64,000 bases of DNA from Alphaproteobacteria bacterium (lineage in GTDB: Bacteria; Pseudomonadota; Alphaproteobacteria; CALKHQ01), in NCBI GenBank assembly GCA_965227515.1, contig CBDDFZ010000001.1:2752001-2816000 (forward strand), in the 5' to 3' direction. Below, piece by piece: positions 1-8,988 of the stretch. The first letter of the stretch is position 1, and every line of letters begins with the position of its first letter. The translations under genes were made by a program, and so were the position numbers. The notes below the pieces were generated by a model. It saw nothing but the letters and a program-made list of their open reading frames with translations. It was not told the origin of the DNA and made no database searches.

Positions 1-129
1 GTGCATGACCCAAAGAATCAACTGAATGCCGTGGCGGAAAAATTCGCTCCCTATCAAGTCCGCAGAGAGGATGTCGCATTTTACTATGTAGACGCTTCGA
101 GCGCGAATGTCTGGGGGCATACGGCATGA
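1..129 (+). CDS. 3' end of an unidentified gene upstream of hsdR (truncated by window start)
   Basis: Frame +1 is open from base 1 (VHDPKNQLNAVAEKFAPYQVRREDVAFYYVDASSANVWGHTA*). Its TGA overlaps the hsdR ATG (ATGA at 126-129). Confidence 0.6.
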   Translation: MHDPKNQLNAVAEKFAPYQVRREDVAFYYVDASSANVWGHTA

Positions 130-3100
130 GCACCCCCAACACTGCAGAGCAATACTCTGCACATATTCCCGCTCTGCAAGTGCTCATGTCTCTTGGCTGG
201 CGCTTCATGCCGGCCGGCGAGTGCATTGAGCGGCGTGGTGGCAATAAGGTAGTTATCCTAAAGGAAATTCTCATTGAGGCGCTTAGGAAGCGCCGTTTCG
301 AGTACAAAGGACAATCATACCCACTATCTAATAATGCAATCGAGCAAATCGTCCGAGAGCTAACCTCGCCGCACCTTCAAGAAGGTCTTCTGACGGCCAA
401 CGAGCAACTCTACAACGCATTAACGCTCGGCATCACGGTGACCGAGTTCGTTGACGGCAAGAAGCACTCACCAACGATTCCGATTATTGATTGGAGTAAT
501 CCTGACGGTAACAACTTTACCGTTACCGAGGAGTTTGAAGTTCTTACCTCGGATGGGACACGCACGCGACGGCCCGACATCGTGTGCCTCGTAAACGGTA
601 TCCCCCTTGCCATTATCGAAGCCAAGCGACCCGACTCCGGTAATCCCAACAAATCGATGATCGATGAAGGTATAAGCCAGAGCATCCGTAATCAGAAATC
701 CGACGAGGTGCCGGAACTCTTCGCATACTCGCAGTTACTCATGTCCATCAGCGGACTTGACGGACGCTATGCGACCACAAAAACGCCCAAGAAGTTTTGG
801 ACGCGTTGGAGAGAAGAGGAACTGTCAGAAGCGTGGTTCAAAGAAGTTAGGAATAAGCCATTGTCACTGAGCGAGCGGGACGCGTTGTTGTTTGGTAAAC
901 CGAAATCCGTACAGGAACACTTTCGTGATCTGTGGGGCGCGGAGCAATTTGTTACCGACCAAGATCGAATGCTGATAAGCTTGCTCGCCAGAGATCGTCT
1001 GCTAGAGTTTGTGAAATTCTTCATACTATTTGACAAGAAGGCGGGCAAGATTGCCGCCCGATATCAGCAAGTTTTTGGCATCAAGGCGCTGATAGACCGA
1101 ATTTCGCAGGTGCGCCCCGACGGCGGACGCGAAGGCGGTGTGATCTGGCATACCACAGGTTCGGGCAAGAGCTTCACGATGGTCTTCCTGTGCAAGGCGC
1201 TCCTTCTGCACAGAAACCTCAGTGACTGCAGGGTCGTGGTCGTGACTGATCGGCTCGATCTGGAAAAGCAGCTTGCTCGCACTTTCCTGACCGGAGGGGC
1301 GCTTGGGAAGCTCAGCGCTGGTAGGAGAGAAGAGAACCGAGCCAAGGCGGCCACGGGGCGGGACCTGGCCAAGCGAATTGGAAAGGGGAACGAGCGGATA
1401 ATTTTCTCGATCATCAACAAGTTTGGAACCGCCTCCAGGCTCGCTGAGTGCTTCAACCCAAGCCCAAACATCATCGTTCTCGTCGACGAAGGGCACCGTA
1501 GTCAGAGCGGCGAGAATCATGAGCGGATGCGCAAGGCCCTGCCGAACGCCTCGTACGTGGCGTTCACGGGAACTCCACTCCTGAAGGACGACAAGACGAC
1601 CAACAAGTTCGGTCCGATTGTCCATGCCTATACGATGCAGCGCGCCGTCGAAGATGGAACCGTAACGCCCCTTCTATATGAAGAGCGTCGACCCGTTCTG
1701 GATATCAATGCAAAGGCCATAGATAACTGGTTCGACAAGATCACGGTCGGCCTGTCTGACAAGCAGAAAAGCGACCTAAAAGAAAAGTACGGCAAGAAGG
1801 GTCCCATGTACGGATCAGCAAATCGGATCGATCTAGTGGCCTGGGATATTGCCGTACATTTCAACGAAAACTTTAGAGCGTTGGGGAAGGACTTGAAGGG
1901 ACAGCTAGCCACGGACAGCAAGCTTTCAGCAATCCGGTACAAGAAGGCTCTCGACGCTACTGGCCTTGTGACCAGTGCTGTTGTCATATCTCCCCCGGAT
2001 ACTCGTGAGGGCCACGAAGATGTGGATGAGGCGGAGTTGCCCGAGGTGCAGCAGTGGTGGAAGGATAATATCAAGGGCGCTCCCGAAGACTATGAGCGTG
2101 ATGTGATTGAAGCATTTTCCGAACCAGGGCCGCCCGACATCCTTATTGTGGTGGACAAATTGCTGACTGGCTTCGATGAGCCTAAGAATGCGGTGCTCTA
2201 TATCGATAAGCCGCTCAAGCATCATAATATTATACAGGCAATCGCGCGGGTTAATCGCCTGCATGACGCGAAGAAATATGGCCTGCTAATTGACTACAGA
2301 GGCATTCTTAAGGAATTGGATACCGCCATTGACGGTTATCAGGACCTTGCTGAGCGCACACAAGCCGGATTTGATATCGATGATATTCAAGGCCTCTACG
2401 CTGATGTCTCTACCGAATATAAGCGGCTCCCGGCATTACACGAGAACCTTCTAGGTGTGTTTTCGGAGGTGAAGAACCGCGCCGATCTAGAACAGTACCG
2501 GCAGATTCTTATACCAAAAGTTGAGATTGATGAGTATGGGGAGGCTTCGGATGAACATCAAAAGGTCCGAGAGGATTTCTATGAAGCACTGACTGAGTTT
2601 GGCATCTGTCTAAAGGTCGCGCTGGGGTCGCGCTCGTTTTTTGAAGATGCGGCTGTCTCAGAGCAGGAAATTCAGACATATAAGCGTGATCTCAAGTTTT
2701 TTAGTGAGCTGCGACGCATTGCGAAACGCGATGCTCAGGAGACAGTCGATTTCAATGCCTACGAAGACCAGATCAGACGCCTGGTTGATCGCTATGTTCT
2801 TGGGGAGGAAATTCAGGAATCAGAAGGGGTCTACGTTGTCAACGATCTGGGTCAGAAAGAGAGAGCTGAAAAGTGGACACCGGAGAAGCTCAAGAACGAG
2901 ACCGATATCATCCGTTCGCGTGTGAAGAGAACGATTGAGCAGGATCTTGCTGATGATCCATATGCCCAGGCCTACTTTTCTGAACTATTGAGGCAGGCAA
3001 TCCATGAGGCGGAGGCGCTCTTCGAGCATCCGTTTAAGCAATACGCTCTGTTTAGGGACTTTGAAGACGAGGTTAAGGGGCGACGGGTAGAAGGAATGCC

Positions 3101-3398
3101 TCCGTCGTTGGGTGAGAATAAGCACGCGGCAGCCTACTACGGCATTTTCAAGCTCGTGCTAGGCAGCGATTTTGAGCAAGAGGAGACCTCTGACATTGCT
3201 GATATAAGTCTTGAGATCGACCGGATCGTTGTTGTTTCCGTAGCGGAGAACTCGCTGAATCCGCAGAATATCGAGGCGGCGATCCGCAAAAAGGTACTTC
3301 CTCTTCTTTTCAAGCGTATCGGTCTGGATCGGGCGAAAAATGTGTGTGAGCGCATTGTCGAAGTCACAAAGCTTGGCCTTTCGCGGGGTGACTTCTGA
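126..3398 (+). CDS. hsdR: Type I restriction endonuclease subunit R
   Basis: Nuclease motif RPDIVCLVNGIPLAIIEAK, Walker A HTTGSGKS, DEGHRS, FTGTP, LLTGFD, QAIARVNR; 1090 aa; less GC-rich than the host genes. Confidence 0.96.
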   Translation: MSTPNTAEQYSAHIPALQVLMSLGWRFMPAGECIERRGGNKVVILKEILIEALRKRRFEYKGQSYPLSNNAIEQIVRELTSPHLQEGLLTANEQLYNALTLGITVTEFVDGKKHSPTIPIIDWSNPDGNNFTVTEEFEVLTSDGTRTRRPDIVCLVNGIPLAIIEAKRPDSGNPNKSMIDEGISQSIRNQKSDEVPELFAYSQLLMSISGLDGRYATTKTPKKFWTRWREEELSEAWFKEVRNKPLSLSERDALLFGKPKSVQEHFRDLWGAEQFVTDQDRMLISLLARDRLLEFVKFFILFDKKAGKIAARYQQVFGIKALIDRISQVRPDGGREGGVIWHTTGSGKSFTMVFLCKALLLHRNLSDCRVVVVTDRLDLEKQLARTFLTGGALGKLSAGRREENRAKAATGRDLAKRIGKGNERIIFSIINKFGTASRLAECFNPSPNIIVLVDEGHRSQSGENHERMRKALPNASYVAFTGTPLLKDDKTTNKFGPIVHAYTMQRAVEDGTVTPLLYEERRPVLDINAKAIDNWFDKITVGLSDKQKSDLKEKYGKKGPMYGSANRIDLVAWDIAVHFNENFRALGKDLKGQLATDSKLSAIRYKKALDATGLVTSAVVISPPDTREGHEDVDEAELPEVQQWWKDNIKGAPEDYERDVIEAFSEPGPPDILIVVDKLLTGFDEPKNAVLYIDKPLKHHNIIQAIARVNRLHDAKKYGLLIDYRGILKELDTAIDGYQDLAERTQAGFDIDDIQGLYADVSTEYKRLPALHENLLGVFSEVKNRADLEQYRQILIPKVEIDEYGEASDEHQKVREDFYEALTEFGICLKVALGSRSFFEDAAVSEQEIQTYKRDLKFFSELRRIAKRDAQETVDFNAYEDQIRRLVDRYVLGEEIQESEGVYVVNDLGQKERAEKWTPEKLKNETDIIRSRVKRTIEQDLADDPYAQAYFSELLRQAIHEAEALFEHPFKQYALFRDFEDEVKGRRVEGMPPSLGENKHAAAYYGIFKLVLGSDFEQEETSDIADISLEIDRIVVVSVAENSLNPQNIEAAIRKKVLPLLFKRIGLDRAKNVCERIVEVTKLGLSRGDF

Positions 3399-4123
3399 TG
3401 GATGGGATACTGGGTTATGGCGGAGAGAGGATTAGGTATACCGTTGCCCGAAACCCGAGCCTGTCGTCCAGAGTTCGGATTCATGTTCATCCTAATGGAC
3501 TGATAGAGGCCGAGGCACCGCCGGACGCCCTTCCGGCTGACATAAAGGCAGCCCTGCGTAAACGTGCGCGATGGATCACGCGTCAGCTCCGCGAACTCGC
3601 GGGCGCTCGGGCTCACGCATTGCCTCGGGAGTTTGTGAGCGGCGAAACGCATTTTTTCCTCGGTAGGCGATTTCAGCTGAAAGTCATTCAGTCTGACGAC
3701 GAGCCATCGTCGGTGCTTCTCAAGGGTGGGCAGATCAGGATCACCCTGCCCTGTTTCGACCGGGCGGCGGTGAAGCGGAGGCTGAATGACTGGTACTGGG
3801 CCAAGGCTGAGGATTACCTGGGTCGGCGCCTCAGCGAGGTCGCAACACGCATCGCGTGGATTGATGATGAGCCCGAACTCAAACTGCTCGCGATGAGGAA
3901 GCAGTGGGGAAGCTGCTCGCCCTCGGGGGCGATCCATTTGAATCCGTGGCTTGTGCGGGCTCCGCGCGAGTGCATCGATTACGTGATTGTCCACGAGCTT
4001 TGTCATCTGAGAGAGCACAATCACAGCAGGCGTTTCTACAGCCTGTTGGATCGGCAGATGCCGGGCTGGCGTCACACCAAAACTCGGCTCGACGGGATGG
4101 CCGAGCTGCTGCTCGCGGAATGA
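3398..4123 (+). CDS. M48/YgjP-like (DUF45) zinc metalloprotease-family protein, typically downstream of hsdR
   Basis: QWGSCS and YVIVHELCHLREHNHS (HExxH); start overlaps the hsdR stop. Confidence 0.9.
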   Translation: MDGILGYGGERIRYTVARNPSLSSRVRIHVHPNGLIEAEAPPDALPADIKAALRKRARWITRQLRELAGARAHALPREFVSGETHFFLGRRFQLKVIQSDDEPSSVLLKGGQIRITLPCFDRAAVKRRLNDWYWAKAEDYLGRRLSEVATRIAWIDDEPELKLLAMRKQWGSCSPSGAIHLNPWLVRAPRECIDYVIVHELCHLREHNHSRRFYSLLDRQMPGWRHTKTRLDGMAELLLAE

Positions 4124-4300
4124 CTTCTACACAAATCGCATCCAACCAGCGCGAGGTTGGTCGCAGGGTCCAGGGTGCGCGACAGGCACCTTGGTCATGG
4201 GGGTGTCGGGGGCTATTGCCCTGACGAGTGGTCAATCGGCGATACGATTGAATGGCGCGGAATTAGGCTCGATGCCTAGACGCGCCACAGGCCGGGGGGA

Positions 4301-4401
4301 TGCAACGGGGGCGCGCAGCGGGCCCCCTTGCCAAGAGGCGCTGTATTACAGCGCACATCTTGCGGAACGCATGAACCATCCAATTGGAACAGGTGTATTA
4401 C
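4301..4401. other. Palindrome cluster, candidate oriT or protein-binding site
   Basis: GGGGGC..GCCCCC hairpin (4307-4327); perfect inverted repeat GCGCTGTA-T-TACAGCGC (4338-4354) framed by CAAGA/TCTTG; TGTATTAC repeated at 4342 and 4394. Confidence 0.4.
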
Positions 4402-4440
4402 GTCCTACAGGCTGCCCAAGGTTCCGGTCGGAAATAGGTC

Positions 4441-5010
4441 TCACCCGGCACGCTGAACCCGCTTGCTCGCTGTGCGGTACGCGCGCCAGGCTCGGTCACG
4501 AGCGCTCTTGCCTCGTTCAACCAGGGCTCGCTGCGCCTCGTCCTGCACAGGTGCGCTGCGGCGGCGATCCCAGATCAGTTCGGCCTGCGCATAGCGGACG
4601 TAGGCCCGCACTCTTTCGGCTTGGACGGCATCCAACTCCGGCTCCTGATCGATGGGTCCGGTTAGCTCGATGATCTTGTGGATGTGCTTGCGGACCAGCC
4701 GGGGCGGCAGTTCGTCCAGCCAGTGAATCAGTTTGGCGGAATGGGGATAGACCTTGTCCTTCCGAACGCCTCGCCTTTCTCGTAGCTGGCGTTTCACCGC
4801 CGGGGGCAAGCCAGGATCATCCGCCGTCATTGCGGCGTCCGAGTAGTACCCTGTGAGGATCAAGCGCCAGCGAATCTGGCTGTAGCGGAGATAGACCGTG
4901 TTGCGGCTGAGGCCGCATACGTCGGCTGCTTCCGCGGGCGTTCGTCGTTCCGAGTAGCATCGAAGCAGCGTTTCAGCCTGCGCGGCTGTCATGCGGCTGC
5001 GCTTGCTCAC
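4441..5010 (-). CDS. HTH DNA-binding protein resembling an IS1595-family transposase without its DDE core
   Basis: N-terminal HTH TPAEAADVCGLSRNTVYLRYSQIRWRL; KRQLRERRGVRKDKVYPH resembles the IS1595/IS1016 C-terminal motif. Confidence 0.55.
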   Translation of the reverse strand: MSKRSRMTAAQAETLLRCYSERRTPAEAADVCGLSRNTVYLRYSQIRWRLILTGYYSDAAMTADDPGLPPAVKRQLRERRGVRKDKVYPHSAKLIHWLDELPPRLVRKHIHKIIELTGPIDQEPELDAVQAERVRAYVRYAQAELIWDRRRSAPVQDEAQRALVERGKSARDRAWRAYRTASKRVQRAG

Positions 5011-5271
5011 GACCGCCAGCTCTAGAGGCTCCTCAGCCTGCTAACTGCGACACGTATCATGGCGTGTTTTCAGATAGATAAGTCCGGTTTGCGTCAGTCT
5101 GTCTTGTCATATGTTCGGTCGCCAGCCTTGGCAAGGCCTTGCGGCGGGCACACACTCAATCAGCGCTCATCGCGCTTCCACAAGAATCCTTCGTCCACGC
5201 CGCGAGCAACGCTTTGACCAGGACTCCGTCCTGGCCGGGCGTGCGGATCAGAGCGGCGACGGAGGACAGCC

Positions 5272-5715
5272 ATGATCTATTGCAGACACTGCGGGCAGCA
5301 CGTTTGGAAGGCTGGCAGCCATGCCGCCAATGACAACGAGCAGCTTGCTCCTGACATCTATGTCGCGAGCGACTGGGAGCTTCGGCGTGCGGCGCACTAT
5401 TGCCGCATGGCGATCGTGCTCGGCGAGCTGAAGAAGAGTCTCGGCCTGCCGCGCCGCCAGATTGCCGATTGGCTGTCCGACACGATCTACTCCTACCCAG
5501 GCCGCATCCTCTTGCCAGACGGGCGGCCCTATTCCCTGCCGGAGATCGATGACGCCTTCAACAACGACGGCTCCTTCCGATGGCTGTCGGATTTTCTCCG
5601 CGCCACTACCGAGCCGCCACGCCAGCAGCCGCAGCGGCGCATTCTGGCCCGGCTCCGTCTGATCGATCTCGCACTGCGCATCGACAAGCACCGCCGCGAC
5701 CAATGCAGCCAATAA
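5272..5715 (+). CDS. Hypothetical protein with N-terminal CxxC
   Basis: GGAGGA RBS before the ATG; MIYCRHCG; protein-like composition. Confidence 0.6.
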   Translation: MIYCRHCGQHVWKAGSHAANDNEQLAPDIYVASDWELRRAAHYCRMAIVLGELKKSLGLPRRQIADWLSDTIYSYPGRILLPDGRPYSLPEIDDAFNNDGSFRWLSDFLRATTEPPRQQPQRRILARLRLIDLALRIDKHRRDQCSQ

Positions 5716-5827
5716 GGCGCACGACTTCCGCCCGGCTTCCGCCCACGCGGCGGGGCCGGGCCCAATAGAAGGGTCGGCAAGCGCGCTGGCCGACTGGGTT
5801 GGCGCTCGCCACGGCAGAGGAGAGCGG

Positions 5828-6124
5828 ATGACCTTTCGGGACAAGCAACGTGAAGCCGGGCGATCGATGCTTGCGGGCTCGATCAAGGGCCTCGGCAATC
5901 TGGCGGCGGCAGCAGCGACGTTCCTGCTCACGCCGCTCGCATATGGCGCGACGATCGACTGGGTCGAGGATTTCACGTCCGAGCACTACGGCCGCGACTG
6001 GACGGACATCAGCGGAATCGTCTGGTTCGTGATCGTGGCAGGGGTCGTGTTCTTCACGGCTCGGGCGTCGATCACGACGCTGATCACGATGGGCGGGTTC
6101 GCGCTCGCCTCGCGCCTGTTCTGA
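5828..6124 (+). CDS. Small membrane protein (2-3 TM)
   Basis: GAGGAG RBS; hydrophobic segments LAAAAATFLLTPLAYG and IVWFVIVAGVVFF. Confidence 0.7.
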   Translation: MTFRDKQREAGRSMLAGSIKGLGNLAAAAATFLLTPLAYGATIDWVEDFTSEHYGRDWTDISGIVWFVIVAGVVFFTARASITTLITMGGFALASRLF

Positions 6125-6148
6125 GCAACCTGAGAAAGGAGAACCGTG

Positions 6149-6277
6149 ATGGCTCAGTATGACCGGGTTGGCGGCGGAACCTTCGGCGTCTATCGCAAGC
6201 GCGGTGGCGGCGGAGGTTGGGGAGGCGCGATCGTGCTGATCGCGATCGGCCTCCTCGTGCTGGCATCGATCGGCTAG
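6149..6277 (+). CDS. 42-aa single-TM small protein (absent from the ORF track)
   Basis: AAAGGAGA RBS; MAQYDRVGGGTFGVYRKRGGGGGWGGAIVLIAIGLLVLASIG*. Confidence 0.65.
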   Translation: MAQYDRVGGGTFGVYRKRGGGGGWGGAIVLIAIGLLVLASIG

Positions 6278-6296
6278 CGCTCCACCCCAACCCATC

Positions 6297-6324
6297 GAAC
6301 GGGGGGCCTTCGGGCCCCCCGTTC
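6297..6324 (+). promoter_or_regulatory. 12-bp GC stem with C(UUCG)G tetraloop just before the T4CP RBS
   Basis: GAACGGGGGGCC-TTCG-GGCCCCCCGTTC; no U-tract follows. Confidence 0.6.
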
Positions 6325-6339
6325 TCGTTGGAGAGACCA

Positions 6340-7950
6340 ATGTCACACCCGTTCAACGAAGAGCATCGCTTCGGTAGCGCTAATTGGTCAGATGAAGCCG
6401 ACATGCGGGCGGCTGGCCTGTTTGACTCTGATGGTCCGCAGATCGGCTATGTCGGCAGCCGGGCCATGCATCTCTCGGGCGATGCCCCGATGATCACGAT
6501 CGGCGGCGCAGGCTCGGGCAAGCTCCGGGACCTGCTGGCCTACGTGGTCTGCAATTCGCCCGGCATTCCGATGATCGTGCTCGATCCACGCGGTGAGTTG
6601 GGCGCGATCTCGATCCATGTCCATGCGGGACATGATGAATATGCCTACTTCTGGAACCCAGTCCGCACCTGCAACCTGCCGCAGCATCGCTGCAACCCGC
6701 TCGACATCCTGAAGCTCGATGCGCCGGACTTCCATGCGAACGTGCGGTTCATCACCGAGGGCTTCATCGCGCTGCGCGGCGGTGAAGGTCAGTATTTCTG
6801 TATGCGCGCCCGCGAATGGATGGGGGGCATTCTCAAGTCCCGCGTCGAGCAGCTCGGCGGCACGTCGCTGCCGGACCTCTACCGCATCGTCAACTCCATC
6901 GAGTCCGACCGCACCGCCTGGGCGGATCAGCTAGAGGCCATGCTTGTCAGTCGGTTCGACGATGTGCGCCGCGTAGCTGCGGAGATGCTGACCAAACAGC
7001 AGGACGCGCCGAAGGAATTCGGCGGCATCCTGGGCGAGATTTATGCCCATCTCGGCTTCCTCGACGATCCGGTGCTACTGGCCTCTCTCGAAGAGCCGGA
7101 GTTTTCGCTCTCTGCGCTCGTCGATCCAAGCCGCGTGGCGAAGGTCTTCCTGAACATCCCCGCCGAGTATCTCGCGCTCTGGTCGCCCCTGGTCCGGCTC
7201 TTCTTCACCGTGGCCATGCTCTATAAATCGCGGCGTCCGGGCGGTCGGCGCGTCATGCTCGTGGTCGACGAGGCGGGCCAGCTCGGGCGTTTCGAAACGC
7301 TCTTGCGCGCGTTCACTTATGGACGCGGCGCGGGCGTTCGCGCCTGGGCCATATTCCAGGACGCCGGACAGATCGTCCGCAATTTCGGTGCCCCCGCGCT
7401 TCAGGGATTCCTCGGCTCGGCGCAGATGCGTCAGTTCTTCGGCGTGCGCGACTACGAGACGGCACAACTGATCTCCTCGATGCTGGGCACCGAGACGCTG
7501 GAATATGACGACAAGCTTCAACAGGACGCGGCCAAGCGCCAGAAGTGGGAGACGCTGCGCCGGGTGATGAGCGACGGCGATCCGTTCGAAGCGGCGTATG
7601 ACTATGCGCACTTCAAGCGCAATGCCGGGCACCGTACCAAGCAGGCGCGTCCCCTCATGACACCCGACGAGGTGTTGGCGCTGCCGGAGGATCGCCAGAT
7701 CCTTTTCATCTCGGGAAAGAATCTGAAGCCGATCCTCGCGGCCAAGTACCCCTACTTCACGCGCCGCGAGATGGCGGGCAAGTACCTGGCGAACCCCTAT
7801 CACCCACCCACGGACAGCGTTGTCGTCGCCACTCGTCTGGGCATGCGCCGCCGTCGGGTAATCACGGAGCCCGTGCCTCGGCGCTACGCAGGTTTCCCCC
7901 AGTTCCAGGGCGGAACCTTGTCATACGTGGAAGGTCACAAACCGGTCTGA
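6340..7950 (+). CDS. Type IV coupling protein, TraG/VirD4 family
   Basis: FGSANW, Walker A GGAGSGK, LDPRGE, CNPL, Walker B LVVDEAGQLG, FQDAGQ, RPLMTPDEV; GGAGAG RBS before ATG 6340. Confidence 0.88.
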   Translation: MSHPFNEEHRFGSANWSDEADMRAAGLFDSDGPQIGYVGSRAMHLSGDAPMITIGGAGSGKLRDLLAYVVCNSPGIPMIVLDPRGELGAISIHVHAGHDEYAYFWNPVRTCNLPQHRCNPLDILKLDAPDFHANVRFITEGFIALRGGEGQYFCMRAREWMGGILKSRVEQLGGTSLPDLYRIVNSIESDRTAWADQLEAMLVSRFDDVRRVAAEMLTKQQDAPKEFGGILGEIYAHLGFLDDPVLLASLEEPEFSLSALVDPSRVAKVFLNIPAEYLALWSPLVRLFFTVAMLYKSRRPGGRRVMLVVDEAGQLGRFETLLRAFTYGRGAGVRAWAIFQDAGQIVRNFGAPALQGFLGSAQMRQFFGVRDYETAQLISSMLGTETLEYDDKLQQDAAKRQKWETLRRVMSDGDPFEAAYDYAHFKRNAGHRTKQARPLMTPDEVLALPEDRQILFISGKNLKPILAAKYPYFTRREMAGKYLANPYHPPTDSVVVATRLGMRRRRVITEPVPRRYAGFPQFQGGTLSYVEGHKPV

Positions 7951-7966
7951 GATGAAGGGCAGTGTC

Positions 7967-8260
7967 ATGAGCGACGATGTGAAGAGGGACAACACGGGCA
8001 AGGAGATCGACACCGCTCAGAGCAGGAGCAACGGGCCTAGCTTCGTTGCCCTTTCTGCGCGGGATGTCGGGGAGAAGACATACTACAACCGAGTCGGGGC
8101 GGCCTTTCCTCACAAGGACGGTGAGGGCCACACCGTGGATTTGGAATCGGTGCCGGTGAACGGGCGCATCATCTTGCGGACGCCCAAGGACCGGCTTCAA
8201 TCCATGAAGGACGGCACCGGCGCGGCACAGGAGCGCCGGAGCCAGGAGCGTGGTCGATGA
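7967..8260 (+). CDS. Small hypothetical protein of a type seen beside T4CP genes (DUF736-like)
   Basis: Motif YNRVGAAFPHKDGEGHTVDLESVPVNGRIILR; follows the T4CP gene. Confidence 0.65.
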   Translation: MSDDVKRDNTGKEIDTAQSRSNGPSFVALSARDVGEKTYYNRVGAAFPHKDGEGHTVDLESVPVNGRIILRTPKDRLQSMKDGTGAAQERRSQERGR

Positions 8261-8535
8261 GCGGCCCGAACCGCAACACGTTGCACCCGGACATCGCCAC
8301 CAAGGCGGAACTGGAACGCTTGCGCGCAAGCCGTCCGGTTCCGGCTCCCACTCGTCATCTGACGCCGATAGGGCCCGATGCCGAGCACACGAGGCGTTCC
8401 CTGCACGAAGCCGACGAACGGCGCATCAGCTATCTGCAAGATCGGCTGCAACGCGTGCGCGACGGTGCCGAGCGGGATCACAGCTTCGCGCGCCTGCAAG
8501 GCCACGCGAAGGCGGATTTCGGGCGCGAGCAATGA
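8257..8535 (+). CDS. Hypothetical protein, possible coiled coil
   Basis: ATGA overlap with the upstream gene. Confidence 0.55.
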   Translation: MSGPNRNTLHPDIATKAELERLRASRPVPAPTRHLTPIGPDAEHTRRSLHEADERRISYLQDRLQRVRDGAERDHSFARLQGHAKADFGREQ

Positions 8536-8564
8536 AGGCAAACTATTCGTTGCAATGAACACAT

Positions 8565-8579
8565 GTTCATGTTATGTTC
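8565..8579 (+). promoter_or_regulatory. Alphaproteobacterial LexA (SOS) box GTTC-N7-GTTC
   Basis: GTTC-ATGTTAT-GTTC in the AT-rich spacer upstream of the 8632 gene and recombinase. Confidence 0.65.
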
Positions 8580-8631
8580 TCCTCTTCGGTTCACTTGATG
8601 AAGGGGAGAAAGAAACAAGAGGAAGAGCGGC

Positions 8632-8988
8632 GTGACCAACAAACAGCACCAAGGCCAGAGCAATAAGACAGAGGGTGATACGCTGGTCCTGGATAGGCTG
8701 GCGGATCGCAATCCATCGGATTTCGATCCGGCGGAGTATCTCCCCGATATGGAGGAATTCGATCTCAGCGAGGAACAGGCAACGGAGTTGCTGACCACGC
8801 TTTGGGAGATCATGAAAGCCTTCGTCGACCTTGGCTTCGGCGTCGATTCAATCCACCGGATTTTTCCCGAGTTGGTCGGGGTTTCTGGGGAATTGGAAGC
8901 CGATCAGGTAGACTCGAAGGACGACCATCTGACAGACACATTCGACCAAGCCGCGTCCAGCGACGCGGAGCAGAAGAAGGATTCATGA
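8632..8988 (+). CDS. Acidic hypothetical protein translationally coupled to the recombinase
   Basis: FDLSEEQATELLTTLWEIMKAFVDLGFG; ATGA overlap at 8985-8988. Confidence 0.7.
   Translation: MTNKQHQGQSNKTEGDTLVLDRLADRNPSDFDPAEYLPDMEEFDLSEEQATELLTTLWEIMKAFVDLGFGVDSIHRIFPELVGVSGELEADQVDSKDDHLTDTFDQAASSDAEQKKDS

Noticed and set aside
6217-6339. ORF-track N-terminal extensions (T4CP 6217, recombinase 8802, YceI 12850, GST 44991, GT41 55735)
   Set aside because: They overlap other genes or hairpins; downstream starts with an RBS fit the families better.
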